From Candidatus Latescibacterota bacterium (GTDB lineage: Bacteria; Latescibacterota; UBA2968; UBA8231), in assembly GCA_965203355.1 (NCBI GenBank), contig OZ241889.1, forward strand, positions 2,592,001-2,656,000: a stretch of DNA of 64,000 bases, written 5' to 3'. Positions 50,644-60,738 of this stretch are shown piece by piece (position 1 is the stretch's first letter; each line of letters opens with the position of its first letter). The notes under the pieces were generated by a model that searched no databases, was not told the origin of the DNA, and was given only the letters and a program-made list of their open reading frames with translations. Position numbers and translations under genes: made by a program.

Positions 50644-51483
50644 TTAGAGATCGACCAAAACCGGCTGGCGCGTCTTCAGCGCTCGCCGCAGGCTGCTGAG
50701 CAGGGCTTGGCCGCTGTCGCCTGAGTGTTCGCTCGGCGCATTTTCTCGCTCCCAAAAATCGCGCAACCAAGCAAGCTCGGCCGGAGGAGTTGCTGAGTCG
50801 GGCACGACGTGGGTTCCCTTGGTGCTGGCTAGGGCAATGCCGCTCTGCGCGGCACTGGCTGAGATTACGCCGCCGCGGCCCAATAAGGTCAGTTCGGCGA
50901 GTGCCGACTGGGGAACGACGACTAGCTGAATCGCCGCACCGCTGGGAACTGTAGCGGTCAACACCACTTGGTAGGCGCGACCCCGGCGGTTGGCGCAAAG
51001 ATGCACTTGGGCCGGCGGCTCGCCCAGCAGATCGCTGGCAAAGGCTAGCTGACCATAGCTGGCCCACCACGCCGGCAGCAAGCCCGGCTCTTGGACGCCA
51101 GTCACGAGACGCAGATAGACCGGCTCGCCAAACAAAGGATCGCTCCGCTGCTTTAGCACTTGGGCAAACAGGGGCGACCCGCAATGGACGCCACCGCTGG
51201 CGATGGGCACCGTGGCCTTGGGCACTGGCCCGGCGCAGAGGATGGCGACGCCGGCTTGGCGGCAGGTGTGGACATCGTCGCCGAGGGCTGCATAAGGCGA
51301 GAGGAAGGCGCAGACGCGGGGATTGGTTGCTTGGAGCATCGCCGACAGATCGCTAAAAAAGGGCAGGGTGCTGCTGCTGGGATGCCGGCGCGTTGGGTAG
51401 TACAGCCCCTTGATCGGCAGGGCATCGACGAGTTGGCCGACGAGCGGGGCGAGGGTGGGATGGGCGCTGAGGGCGATAGTCAT
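50644..51483 (-). CDS. Hypothetical protein, possibly a divergent Gfo/Idh/MocA-like fold
   Basis: Overlaps the stop of the upstream oxidoreductase; weak FGEPVY and C-terminal resemblance. Confidence 0.6.
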   Translation of the reverse strand: MTIALSAHPTLAPLVGQLVDALPIKGLYYPTRRHPSSSTLPFFSDLSAMLQATNPRVCAFLSPYAALGDDVHTCRQAGVAILCAGPVPKATVPIASGGVHCGSPLFAQVLKQRSDPLFGEPVYLRLVTGVQEPGLLPAWWASYGQLAFASDLLGEPPAQVHLCANRRGRAYQVVLTATVPSGAAIQLVVVPQSALAELTLLGRGGVISASAAQSGIALASTKGTHVVPDSATPPAELAWLRDFWERENAPSEHSGDSGQALLSSLRRALKTRQPVLVDL

Positions 51484-52616
51484 AGCGCTTGCTCCAGCGG
51501 CAGCTCAATGGCTGCGTTGTGCTCGACAGCGCGGTAGCCAGCGAGAATAATTTCCATCAAATCCCGCGCTTGGCGCACGCCATAGCGGGGCGGGCGGTCG
51601 TCGTCGATGGCGGCGACCAGGTCGTCGAGTCCGGCGGCTAGACCGGCGGTGTCTTCGGCCAGGGCGACGGTTGGAACGGGCGGGCCTCCGTGCCACTGCA
51701 TAGGGTCTTGGGGATCGGGCCGATAGTCGTAGCCGGTGCTGTGGTCGCGCAGATAAGCGTCCAACGCAGGTCTTTTTGCGTCGATGGTTGCACTCTGGCG
51801 TGCGCCGATTAGGTACGCCCGCGACGGACCGCCTTGAGGATGGGAGGCTGTGCCAATGCGCCCGCCGCACAAGGTTGCCACGCGGCCGTCGGCATCGGTC
51901 ATAGTTAGCGTGCCGAAATCGTCGCAGCCCTGGGCGGCGTGTTCGGGGAAGAAAAAGGCCCCGGCGTGGCCGACGACGTGGCGGATGGGGCCGAGGCATT
52001 CTTGGATTAGGCCGACGGCGTATGCGCCCACGGTCAGCAGTTCTCTTTTAATATCGGGGTATTTCCACCGGCCATTGGGGGCAGCAAAGGCGCGGCGTTG
52101 AGTTATCGGGCGGGGCCAGCCCTTGCCGAACATCACATCGACGTGGACGCCGAGCAGCGTGCCCAAATCGCCGCGGGCGAGGACTTGGCGGGTGTGCTGG
52201 GCGAGGGTGCCGTAGGCGTAGCCGGGGATGATCGCCCGGACGCCAGTGCGCTCGACCGCGACCGCCGCGGCCTCGGCCTGGGCGAGCGTGGCGCCGGGAA
52301 ACTTGTCGATCCACAGGTGCTTGCCGGCCTCGGCCGCGCGGACGATGAGCGCGGACCGCCGTTCGATCTCGCAGCCGACGCTGACAATATCGACGGCCGG
52401 GTCGTCAATGGACGCATCTAAATTCTCTGAGTAGGGTACGCCGAGTTGGCCAGCCCATTGCTGGTTGTAGGCGCGCAAGTCCGGGTCTATGTCGGGGTAG
52501 TCTGAGACGCCGATGATGCGCAGGCGGGGATGGGCCTGATACAGGGGGATGAAGTGCTGCTGGTGGCTGTGCTTGCTGAAGCTGACCAGCAGCATACCGT
52601 AGGTTTCAGCGGGCAT
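51480..52616 (-). CDS. Gfo/Idh/MocA oxidoreductase
   Basis: DDPAVDIV, AGKHLWIDK and GDLG motifs; start at MPAETY. Confidence 0.85.
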   Translation of the reverse strand: MPAETYGMLLVSFSKHSHQQHFIPLYQAHPRLRIIGVSDYPDIDPDLRAYNQQWAGQLGVPYSENLDASIDDPAVDIVSVGCEIERRSALIVRAAEAGKHLWIDKFPGATLAQAEAAAVAVERTGVRAIIPGYAYGTLAQHTRQVLARGDLGTLLGVHVDVMFGKGWPRPITQRRAFAAPNGRWKYPDIKRELLTVGAYAVGLIQECLGPIRHVVGHAGAFFFPEHAAQGCDDFGTLTMTDADGRVATLCGGRIGTASHPQGGPSRAYLIGARQSATIDAKRPALDAYLRDHSTGYDYRPDPQDPMQWHGGPPVPTVALAEDTAGLAAGLDDLVAAIDDDRPPRYGVRQARDLMEIILAGYRAVEHNAAIELPLEQAL

Positions 52617-52924
52617 GGGATGATTCCTCGTTGGCGTCGTGGAGACGCACCGGACGCTTTTCCGGTACGCGAGATAGTATAACAGCCCTGCGGATGAGTG
52701 CCAAAAGAAGCCCTTATCGGCGCGCCTCGGCATTTGTCGACGGCGCTGATTAGGGCTAGACGCGGGTAAGTTCACCTTTTTGTCTGATAAAAGTGCTCTT
52801 TTGCTGCATTTTCATCTTCATGTAAAAGTGCTGATTCCCCAGTAAACAGGAGTAATCGGTGGTCTTGGTGGGCGAGGAGAAGGTATAGTTGAGGCTTGGC
52901 TGTTGTATTATGCTCAGCACTTCC

Positions 52925-52954
52925 TTGACAACAATTGAGGACGCGGCCTATCCT
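52925..52954 (+). promoter_or_regulatory. Sigma70-like promoter
   Basis: TTGACA-N18-TATCCT upstream of AAGGAGGT RBS. Confidence 0.55.
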
Positions 52955-52979
52955 AGCCGCTCCAAACAAGGAGGTGATA

Positions 52980-53990
52980 ATGGTCAATATCGGCATTGTT
53001 GGCATCGGTTTCATGGGCATGACCCACTACAAGGCTATGGCCCAAGTAAAAGGGGGCCAGGTGGCGGCCTTGGTCTCGCGCGATCCGAAAAAGCGCGCCG
53101 GGGATTGGCGCGACATTCAGGGCAATTTTGGCGACAGCGGCGGGGAGCAGGACGTGTCGGGCATACAGTGCTACGAGACGTTGGACGAACTGCTCGCGGA
53201 CCCGGGGATTGACTTGGTCGATGTTTGTCTGCCGACGCCGATGCACGTCGAGGCCAGCATCCGCGCGCTCGCCGCGGGCAAGCACGTGCTATTAGAAAAG
53301 CCCATTGCATTGGCCTTGGATGACGCGGATCGGATCATAGCGGTGGCCGCAGAGCACCAGCGGCAGTTTATGGTTGCCCACGTGCTGCGGTATTTTCCAG
53401 AGTTCCGGCTAGTCAAACAGCTCGTCGCCGCTGGGGAACACGGCCCGGTGCTCGCCGCTCACTTTAAGCGCGTCATCTCGCGCCCGGCGTGGTGGGCACC
53501 AGAAGATTTACAGCGCACCGGCGGCCCGGCAATCGACCTGCACATCCACGACGCGGACTTCGTGCAGTTTTTGTTCGGGATGCCGACGGCCGTCAGTTCG
53601 CAAGGATACATTGGCCGGGGCCAGACCGTCGAATACATCAATACCCACTACCAGTACGACGGCCCAATGGCCATCAGTGCCGAAGGGGGCTGGTTGTCGC
53701 AACCGGGTTGTCCTTTTGAGCACGGTTACGACGTGTACTTTGAAGAGGCCACGCTCAAGTACAATTCGTCTTGGGGGCCGCCGCCGCAACTATTGACTAA
53801 GGATGGCGCGGTCTGCACACCAGAACGGCCGGGCGAGGACGGTTTCGTCGGCGAGTTGCAGGAAGCGGTGGATGCGATTGCACAGGGTAGGCCGTCGCAG
53901 GAGCTAGGCGGCCAAAGTGCGCGGAACTCGCTGCTGTTGTGTTTGCGGGAAATTGAGTCGGCGAAGACCGGGCAGCAGGTCGCGATATAA
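52980..53990 (+). CDS. Gfo/Idh/MocA oxidoreductase
   Basis: GIGFMG, AGKHVLLEKP and DLHIHD motifs. Confidence 0.92.
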   Translation: MVNIGIVGIGFMGMTHYKAMAQVKGGQVAALVSRDPKKRAGDWRDIQGNFGDSGGEQDVSGIQCYETLDELLADPGIDLVDVCLPTPMHVEASIRALAAGKHVLLEKPIALALDDADRIIAVAAEHQRQFMVAHVLRYFPEFRLVKQLVAAGEHGPVLAAHFKRVISRPAWWAPEDLQRTGGPAIDLHIHDADFVQFLFGMPTAVSSQGYIGRGQTVEYINTHYQYDGPMAISAEGGWLSQPGCPFEHGYDVYFEEATLKYNSSWGPPPQLLTKDGAVCTPERPGEDGFVGELQEAVDAIAQGRPSQELGGQSARNSLLLCLREIESAKTGQQVAI

Positions 53991-54848
53991 TTAAGGCCCG
54001 GTGTGCGCCGCCATGCCATGTCCGTGGACGGCACTGGATTCAACGTAGGACAGGGCATAGGCGAGGCCGATCCCCACGAGGAGGGAGCCGATCAGTTTGC
54101 CGCGATCGTGGCTGTGGAAGTGGATCTCCGGCAGCAGGTCGCTCAAGGCAATGCACAAGAACGCGCCCGCTGCAAAAGACAGCACATAGCCGATTGGCGC
54201 CGCTTGTTCTGAGCCAAGCCATTCCACCCCCCCAAAGCTCGCTACGGCCACCATAGGGCACAGGATGGCAAAGCCAACATTGGCCCAGGCCCGGGTGCGC
54301 TGACTGTGCCCGGCGGACTTCATTATGCCAATAATGGAGTACGCATCGAGCGGCTTGTGCAGCAGAATGGCGAGGAACACCCCGAGTCCCGCCAGGGCGA
54401 CTCCCTCTTGATGCGGCGGCTCCATCCGCATGCTGGCGCCCAGCGCGATTCCTTCGGTCGCGGTGTGTATCCCTAGGCCGAGGGCCACGCCGAACAAGCT
54501 CCGCGCATGGCCGCCGCGGTCGTGATCATCGTACAGATCGCGTGCCTCGCGGCTGAAATCGTGCCGATGAAAGTGAAAGATGCGTAGCAAGAAAATCATC
54601 AGCACCATGCCCAACACCATCCAGCCCACGGCTTTTGCTACAATGTCAGATCCAGCCATGTGATTGAGGCTGTGGGGTAAAAGGTGAAACATGGCGATGC
54701 CGAGGATGAAGCCGGCCACGAGACTCATCGCGATCTGGGTACGCGTATGCGTCATGGTGCCCAAAGCCGCCAGCTTCCCGCCGAGCAAGGAAGCGGCAAA
54801 GATGGCGGCTGAGTAGGCCGACAAAACCAGGAGCGCGTTGGCATCCAT
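53991..54848 (-). CDS. ZIP family metal transporter
   Basis: HLLPH, HFHRH, H...EG.ALG, LHKPLD and DLLPE motifs. Confidence 0.9.
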   Translation of the reverse strand: MDANALLVLSAYSAAIFAASLLGGKLAALGTMTHTRTQIAMSLVAGFILGIAMFHLLPHSLNHMAGSDIVAKAVGWMVLGMVLMIFLLRIFHFHRHDFSREARDLYDDHDRGGHARSLFGVALGLGIHTATEGIALGASMRMEPPHQEGVALAGLGVFLAILLHKPLDAYSIIGIMKSAGHSQRTRAWANVGFAILCPMVAVASFGGVEWLGSEQAAPIGYVLSFAAGAFLCIALSDLLPEIHFHSHDRGKLIGSLLVGIGLAYALSYVESSAVHGHGMAAHTGP

Positions 54849-55081
54849 GATGGCTATAATCGGAAGCTAGTCGGGTAGTCGGCGGTCGTGATTTTCTGCA
54901 ACATCATTGTTTTTTCCTTGGCGATGTCGAGTTGCGTACTATACTACGCGATCTTGATTAGGTGCCTATACAAAGTCGCGGTTGAACTTAGTACTTGCCA
55001 CTATGGTATTGGGGCTCGCGCTGGCCGACCCCGATCGCCATGTGCTCCCAGCCAGAGATGTAGTACAGGAGGGCAGATAGT

Positions 55082-56113
55082 ATGCGCGTACCCGTAGAAT
55101 TAAACGAAAAAAAGAGGCTTCAGGAAGCTACCGCCATCATCGCTGTCGGTGGGCTCACAAACGGCATACTGGGCATCGCGAAAGTCGTCCTTGGCAGTGT
55201 TGCCGGGTACCTCCCGCTGACTGCTTCAGGAGTTCACTCGCTGTCGGACATTGTATCCGATGTGGTCGCTTGGGTCGCCGTGCGGATGGGAGCGCAGTCT
55301 GAGAGACAAGGGGAAGACGTACGGTTCCACTACGGCCGCCGACGCATCGAAACCCTACTAGCACTTTTTGCCGCATTTCTGCTCGTATATGTGAGTGTGG
55401 AACTGATTATGGGAGCTTTCGGCCATAGCGAGCACGGTCATGGGATGTCCCCAGCCCTTGTGGAAGAAGTGGCAACCCATGGAATAGATGACCACGACTA
55501 TGGGCACTCCCCAGAGGAGACCGCAGGGGGCTTAGGTCATTTGCTCTTGCTCGTTGGCGGAGCGAGCCTCATTTCAGTGTTTGCCAAGGAAGTACTTTTC
55601 CGCGTGACTCGGCACAAGGGAATACGCCTGAATAGTCCCATGCTGATTGCGAAAGCATGGCATCATCGGGCCGATTCCATCAGTGCGCTAGCCGTCCTGC
55701 TGAGCCTTTTTATTTTCGCCTATTTTCCGACGCTCTCGTTGATCAATCCGATTACCACGGTCATAATCGCGGGTCTGATTTTGCATAGTGCTTGGGAAGT
55801 TGGGGGCAACGCGGTCAAAGAGTTGATAGACTTCGCGCCCTCGCTAGAGACCATAGCTCTAATTGAAGAGATGGCAGAAGAGGTAGAAGGCGTAACATTT
55901 ACGCACAATATTCGCATCCGGTCCATGGGAGGGGCTTTGTATGTTGAACTGACGGCGGAAATCGATCCAACGCTCACAGTGGCCGAAGGGTACGCGGTTG
56001 TTAAACAGATCCGCGAAAAAATAATGGATAAAGTGTCCAATGTGATCGACGTCACCACCCAGCTAACGCCGAAAGGCGAGTACATCCGTCAGTTTTTGGG
56101 GTCAGAAACGTGA
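55082..56113 (+). CDS. Cation diffusion facilitator with His-rich loop
   Basis: HSLSD, HYG..R.E and WHHRAD motifs; C-terminal dimerisation domain. Confidence 0.9.
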   Translation: MRVPVELNEKKRLQEATAIIAVGGLTNGILGIAKVVLGSVAGYLPLTASGVHSLSDIVSDVVAWVAVRMGAQSERQGEDVRFHYGRRRIETLLALFAAFLLVYVSVELIMGAFGHSEHGHGMSPALVEEVATHGIDDHDYGHSPEETAGGLGHLLLLVGGASLISVFAKEVLFRVTRHKGIRLNSPMLIAKAWHHRADSISALAVLLSLFIFAYFPTLSLINPITTVIIAGLILHSAWEVGGNAVKELIDFAPSLETIALIEEMAEEVEGVTFTHNIRIRSMGGALYVELTAEIDPTLTVAEGYAVVKQIREKIMDKVSNVIDVTTQLTPKGEYIRQFLGSET

Positions 56114-56120
56114 ATGCGAG

Positions 56121-57368
56121 TCAGGTGCTTCCAGCCCTATCGCCCGTGCTGGACCGGCCACGAAGATTGAGTAGCATATCTTCGTAGCCACGGCGCAGCG
56201 CACCGGCTTGGAAGCGCCAGATGATCAGGGCGATGAGGAGCAAAGCACTGCCCCATTGCAGGAGCTGAATGGCCGGTGCATGGGCGGTGTCGAGGTGCGC
56301 GGAAATCGCCAGACCAGCGGCGAAAAGCAGCGCATCAATGGCAATGCCGAGAACGACTGTAACCGCAATGACGGTGGCCACGTAGATGGATGCGAAGCGG
56401 GCGCCAAACTGGCTGGCGATGATGGCGATGGCGCCGGTGTTGGTAGCCGGTCCAGTCATGAGGAAAATCAGGGCCGCGCCGGGACTGACCCCTTTGGCGA
56501 CTAACGCGGCGGCGATTGGAGTACTGGCGGAGGCGCAGATATAGAGCGGAATGCCGATCAGCACCATGATCGGATAGGACAGCCAGCGGGCATACTCGTT
56601 TGCCATCAGGTCGCTCGGAATCGCCAGAAAGAGTACGCCCCCCAGCACGACCCCCACTAGCAGGGCAAAGAGAATGTCGTCGGCTATCTCAATGAAGCCA
56701 TAGCGCAAGATATGCTTGACCAGCTTTTTGAAGTCGAGTGCTCGATCGTCGGTGGGAACGGCTGCCGCAGAAGAACCACTGGTGGATTGCCTGCCAACAA
56801 TTTCCTGCAACCAATGGACTAGTAAAACCTTCAGTTGCGCGGGACTGACATAGCAATCATCCCGGTCCGCTCTGAGGGATTGGTGCGCGCCATGATCGTG
56901 CTCACAGTCGCGGCAACTCGCCTGGGCTTTGTCGCGGTCGTCTCTTATGAGGCCGATGCAAAAGAGGCCGGCGACGACTGCCGTGATGAAGCTGATGAAG
57001 GGCCGAACAAGGGCCACGATGGGTCCGAAAAAGGCGTTAGTGACTAAAATCGAATCCGCCCCGGTCTCTGGCGCGGTGATCAGGAAGGACATGCAGGACG
57101 AACGGGACGCCCCCTTATTGCGCAGCTCGGCCACCACCGGCACGACCGAACAACTGCACAGCGGCACGGGTACGCCGATGGCCGAACTCACGGTGACGGA
57201 TTTTAGGCTGTCGTCGCGGAGCCAGCGGAGTATGGCTGGGCGGGAAATGAATACGTGGATCAGGCCGGAGAGCAACAGCCCGAGCAACAGCATGGGCGCT
57301 AGCAATAAGAAGGAGGACCAGAGGAAGGCAAAAAAACTAGCTAATATCCCAAAAAGTTCAAAGGCCAT
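56121..57368 (-). CDS. DUF318/ArsP-type permease (putative metal efflux)
   Basis: PLCSCSV, PETG.DS, YICASASTP and GPATN motifs; CxxC/His loop. Confidence 0.88.
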   Translation of the reverse strand: MAFELFGILASFFAFLWSSFLLLAPMLLLGLLLSGLIHVFISRPAILRWLRDDSLKSVTVSSAIGVPVPLCSCSVVPVVAELRNKGASRSSCMSFLITAPETGADSILVTNAFFGPIVALVRPFISFITAVVAGLFCIGLIRDDRDKAQASCRDCEHDHGAHQSLRADRDDCYVSPAQLKVLLVHWLQEIVGRQSTSGSSAAAVPTDDRALDFKKLVKHILRYGFIEIADDILFALLVGVVLGGVLFLAIPSDLMANEYARWLSYPIMVLIGIPLYICASASTPIAAALVAKGVSPGAALIFLMTGPATNTGAIAIIASQFGARFASIYVATVIAVTVVLGIAIDALLFAAGLAISAHLDTAHAPAIQLLQWGSALLLIALIIWRFQAGALRRGYEDMLLNLRGRSSTGDRAGST

Positions 57369-57424
57369 TGTGATAAGAAGCAAACATGGCCTAGCAAGGG
57401 CAAGCCTCCGATCTGGAGGTGGAG

Positions 57425-57453
57425 TTGCGTTTTTTGTTTCGGACTCCTACAAT
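57425..57453 (+). promoter_or_regulatory. Sigma70-like promoter giving a near-leaderless mRNA
   Basis: TTGCGT-N17-TACAAT; ATG only 8 nt downstream; no SD. Confidence 0.6.
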
Positions 57454-57461
57454 AAAAAGCT

Positions 57462-57776
57462 ATGCTAACGCGCCAAAAGGACATTTCGACGGGCTCGGTC
57501 GCCTCGTTGGCTTTGCTCGTGCTGACGGTGCTCTTTGCGGTTATAATCGGCGGCTTACCCTTCAGCCACCAGCTTTTCCACGAGAGCCTCGTCGAGCCTG
57601 AGCACTGTCTGTCCTGTCTGTTGCAGAGCGGCCTATCGCTCTTTTTTGGCAGCTTGGCTCTCGCACTCGCAGGACTGAATGCCCCTGAGTTAAGCCGGCC
57701 CGCGCCGCGCCCCGTACCGTTTCCCCTTTTTTCTCCGCGCTTTACCCATCTCAACCGCGGCCCGCCCGGGTGCTAG
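57462..57776 (+). CDS. DUF2946/CruR-like leader protein (TM helix, His/CxxC, C-terminal RGPP)
   Basis: TM helix, H...H...HCLSC, Pro-rich linker, NRGPPGC*. Confidence 0.75.
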   Translation: MLTRQKDISTGSVASLALLVLTVLFAVIIGGLPFSHQLFHESLVEPEHCLSCLLQSGLSLFFGSLALALAGLNAPELSRPAPRPVPFPLFSPRFTHLNRGPPGC

Positions 57777-57892
57777 TGCATCCACGCAAGAAGCAGCCTT
57801 AGTGCGTGGGTGCCGCTCTCCAGATTCAATTCGCGTACCACTAAACGCCCGTCTTGTGTGCATAGACGGTCAAACCATTGGAGACTAGCACC

Positions 57893-58411
57893 ATGTTCAA
57901 AAAAAGTATGTCTGCGCTGAGCATTTTCGCCTTGGCCCTCTTTATTGCCAGTTGCGGCGATGACGATAATCCGGTCCAGTCGGATCCACACGACGAAGAG
58001 CACTCCGATGCCGTCGGTCTGATCGTGCGCGATAGCGGCGCTGAGATCGTGCGCGTTGAAAAGGGTGAGGTGACCGGCGAGATCGAGGTCGGCCACGGCA
58101 AGGAAACCGCCCTGCTTACCGTGCGCTTTATCGCCGAAGACGGCGACCTCTTCACGCCGGACGAAGACGAAGGCTACGCGCTCGACTGGGAAGTTGCCGA
58201 CGAGAACATCGCCGAAGTCGAGCATCATGCCGAGGACGGCGCGTGGGCTTTTCACATCATCGGCTTAGCGGAAGGCCACACTACCATCCGCATCAAGATC
58301 AACCACGAAAACCACGCTGATTTCGTCTCGCCGGAAATCGAGATCCACGTCAGCGAGGACGGGCCCGGTGAGGAGCACGACGAGCACGATGAGCACGACG
58401 AGGAAGAGTAA
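57893..58411 (+). CDS. His/acidic-rich lipoprotein with Ig-like domain
   Basis: IASC lipobox; HDEEH, EHH and H.NH.DF; (EHD)n tail. Confidence 0.85.
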   Translation: MFKKSMSALSIFALALFIASCGDDDNPVQSDPHDEEHSDAVGLIVRDSGAEIVRVEKGEVTGEIEVGHGKETALLTVRFIAEDGDLFTPDEDEGYALDWEVADENIAEVEHHAEDGAWAFHIIGLAEGHTTIRIKINHENHADFVSPEIEIHVSEDGPGEEHDEHDEHDEEE

Positions 58412-58437
58412 AGCGGTTAGAGCCGCTGCGATTCTTC

Positions 58438-60735
58438 ATGGGTAAAGTGACGCGGGACCGGACGCAAGCCTCCGGTCCTGCGCCTTTATGTCAAGGTCAA
58501 TTGGACTGCCGACGTAGTATCTGGCCTCGGCTGCTTTTGCGGCTCGCCCTCGTACTCAGCCTAGCCGTAGGTCCCGTTTGGGGCGATCAGACCGGTGCGC
58601 TCGCTGGCCACGTGATCGACGCCGAAAGCGGCGAACCCGTCGGTTGGACTACCGTCGTCATTGAGGGGCTGGAACGAGCGCGGATGAGCGACGCCGAAGG
58701 GTACTTCTTTTTTGCCAACGTACCGCCCGGTGAGCATGTCTTGCAAAGCCTACACGTCGGCTACCCCGAGGCCCGCTTTAAGGTGGAAGTCGTCGCCGGA
58801 GATACCGTCCACGTCGATCTGGTTATCGGCCACGAGGCCCTGCGCGTAGCGGAGATTCTCGTCGAGTGCGAACACGCGAATCCTGTTTCGCCACTCCAAA
58901 CCCCCGAAGTCGTCTTCAGCGGTAGCAAGCTGCGGCAGAGCTTGAGCCGCACGATTGCCGAGACCATTGACTACGAGCCGGGCATTGCCCAGCGCTCGAT
59001 GGGCCCCGCGCCCGCGCGTCCGGTGCTGCGCGGGCTAAGTGGCGACCGCTTATTGGTGATTGAAGACGGCGAGCGCACCGGCGATTTGTCCGGCACTTCC
59101 TCGGACCACGCCGTGGCTATCGAGCCGATGACCACGGAGCGCATTGAGATCGTGCGCGGCCCCCGCACCTTGCTCTATGGCTCCAATGCCTTGGCCGGGG
59201 TCGTCAACGTGGTGCGCGGATACGTGCCCTCTGTGCGGCCCGACGGCTTGGGCGGATCGGTGACCTATCAAGGGGAAAGCGTCAACCGAGGCTGGTCCGG
59301 CGGCTTGGCTCTCGAACAAGCGCTCGGCCCGCTGGCCCTGCGCTTCGATAGCAGCCTGCGCCAGGCCGACGACATTGCCACGCCGCATGGAGTACTCGCC
59401 AATACCGACATCCGCACGGGCAATGCCTCGGTCGGCCTGAGTCTGGTGCGCTCTTGGGGGCACGTAGGGGCGTCCGGCAGCCTGTACAACTCCGACTACG
59501 GCATTCCGCCCGACCCAGCAGGTGGCCATCCGCACGGCGTCTCCATCGATCTCCAGCGCCAACACCTCGAAGGGCGCGGCGAAATCATCACCGGGCCAGA
59601 TTGGCTCCAGCGCTTGGAGTTGCACCATTCGTTTTCGCGCTATCAGCACGGCGAATTCGAAGCCAGTGGCGACTTGGGGATGGAGTTTGGCGTACTCACG
59701 CACCACAGCGGTGCGCTGGCTCACCTAGATCGCATCGGGCCTTTTGCAAATGGTGCGGTTGGCTTGTGGTACGAGTACCGCAATTATGCTGCGGCCGGGC
59801 TCAACTTCACGCCGCCGGCCGAGGAATACGCCGGTGCGCTGTTCGCGTATCAAGAGTGGGAATATGGGCCTTGGGCGGCCAATGCGGCTTGGCGCGTTGA
59901 TGCCCGCCGCGTCGAGCCGCGAGAAGCGCGCGCATCGCGCACAGTCGGCCGCATTGAGACGCGCGACTTTGCCGGTATGTCGGCCGGTTTGTCCAATCAC
60001 TATCGCGCCAACTCGACCTTGACGCTGGGCACGACCTTGATGCGCACCTTTCGCGCGCCCGGCATTGAAGAGCTGTTCTCCGAAGGGCCGCATTTGGCCG
60101 CCTATTCGTACGAGGTGGGCGATGGAGCACTCGGCAGCGAGCGCGGCTTAGGATTGGAGCTGTTTGTCGACTACCACCTAGCAGAAGGCCATGTACACTT
60201 GGCCGTCTTCCGCAATGCGATTGACGGGTTCATTTTTCCCAAAAACACCGGTGAGCGCAGTCGGCGGCGCGATGATCTCTTTGTCTACCAGACCCAGGGA
60301 GCGCGCGTCCGCATGTATGGCGCCGAAGCCAACTTTGATTGGCATCTGGCCGAGCCTTGGAAAATGGCTGGCGCCCTCAGCTATGTGCGCGGCCACCTCA
60401 TGGACCGCGCCGACGAACCCCTGCCTCGTCTGCCGCCCCTGCAAGGGTATCTGGGCCTGACTTGCGAACCCACTGAGGTGCTGAGTGCGACCCTTGGTCT
60501 GCGCGTGGCGGCGGCTCAGAATCAGATCGGCGAGTTTGAAGAGCCTACCGAGGGCTACGTGGTGCTGGATCTTTCGAGCCAATACTACGCGCAATGGGGT
60601 GGGCGTCTGCACACCTTCGCCTTGACGCTGGAAAACGCCACGGACGCGGTGTACCGCAATCACCTCAACCGCGTCAAAGAGATTCTGCCCGAACCAGGCC
60701 GCAATCTGCGTCTGCTGCACAAGATATTTTTCTGA
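58438..60735 (+). CDS. TonB-dependent receptor (ZnuD-like metal type)
   Basis: RPVLRGL, SDHAV, RGPRTLLYG, ELFSEGPH and Y.NHL...PGRN motifs; terminal F. Confidence 0.92.
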   Translation: MGKVTRDRTQASGPAPLCQGQLDCRRSIWPRLLLRLALVLSLAVGPVWGDQTGALAGHVIDAESGEPVGWTTVVIEGLERARMSDAEGYFFFANVPPGEHVLQSLHVGYPEARFKVEVVAGDTVHVDLVIGHEALRVAEILVECEHANPVSPLQTPEVVFSGSKLRQSLSRTIAETIDYEPGIAQRSMGPAPARPVLRGLSGDRLLVIEDGERTGDLSGTSSDHAVAIEPMTTERIEIVRGPRTLLYGSNALAGVVNVVRGYVPSVRPDGLGGSVTYQGESVNRGWSGGLALEQALGPLALRFDSSLRQADDIATPHGVLANTDIRTGNASVGLSLVRSWGHVGASGSLYNSDYGIPPDPAGGHPHGVSIDLQRQHLEGRGEIITGPDWLQRLELHHSFSRYQHGEFEASGDLGMEFGVLTHHSGALAHLDRIGPFANGAVGLWYEYRNYAAAGLNFTPPAEEYAGALFAYQEWEYGPWAANAAWRVDARRVEPREARASRTVGRIETRDFAGMSAGLSNHYRANSTLTLGTTLMRTFRAPGIEELFSEGPHLAAYSYEVGDGALGSERGLGLELFVDYHLAEGHVHLAVFRNAIDGFIFPKNTGERSRRRDDLFVYQTQGARVRMYGAEANFDWHLAEPWKMAGALSYVRGHLMDRADEPLPRLPPLQGYLGLTCEPTEVLSATLGLRVAAAQNQIGEFEEPTEGYVVLDLSSQYYAQWGGRLHTFALTLENATDAVYRNHLNRVKEILPEPGRNLRLLHKIFF

Positions 60736-60738
60736 GGC

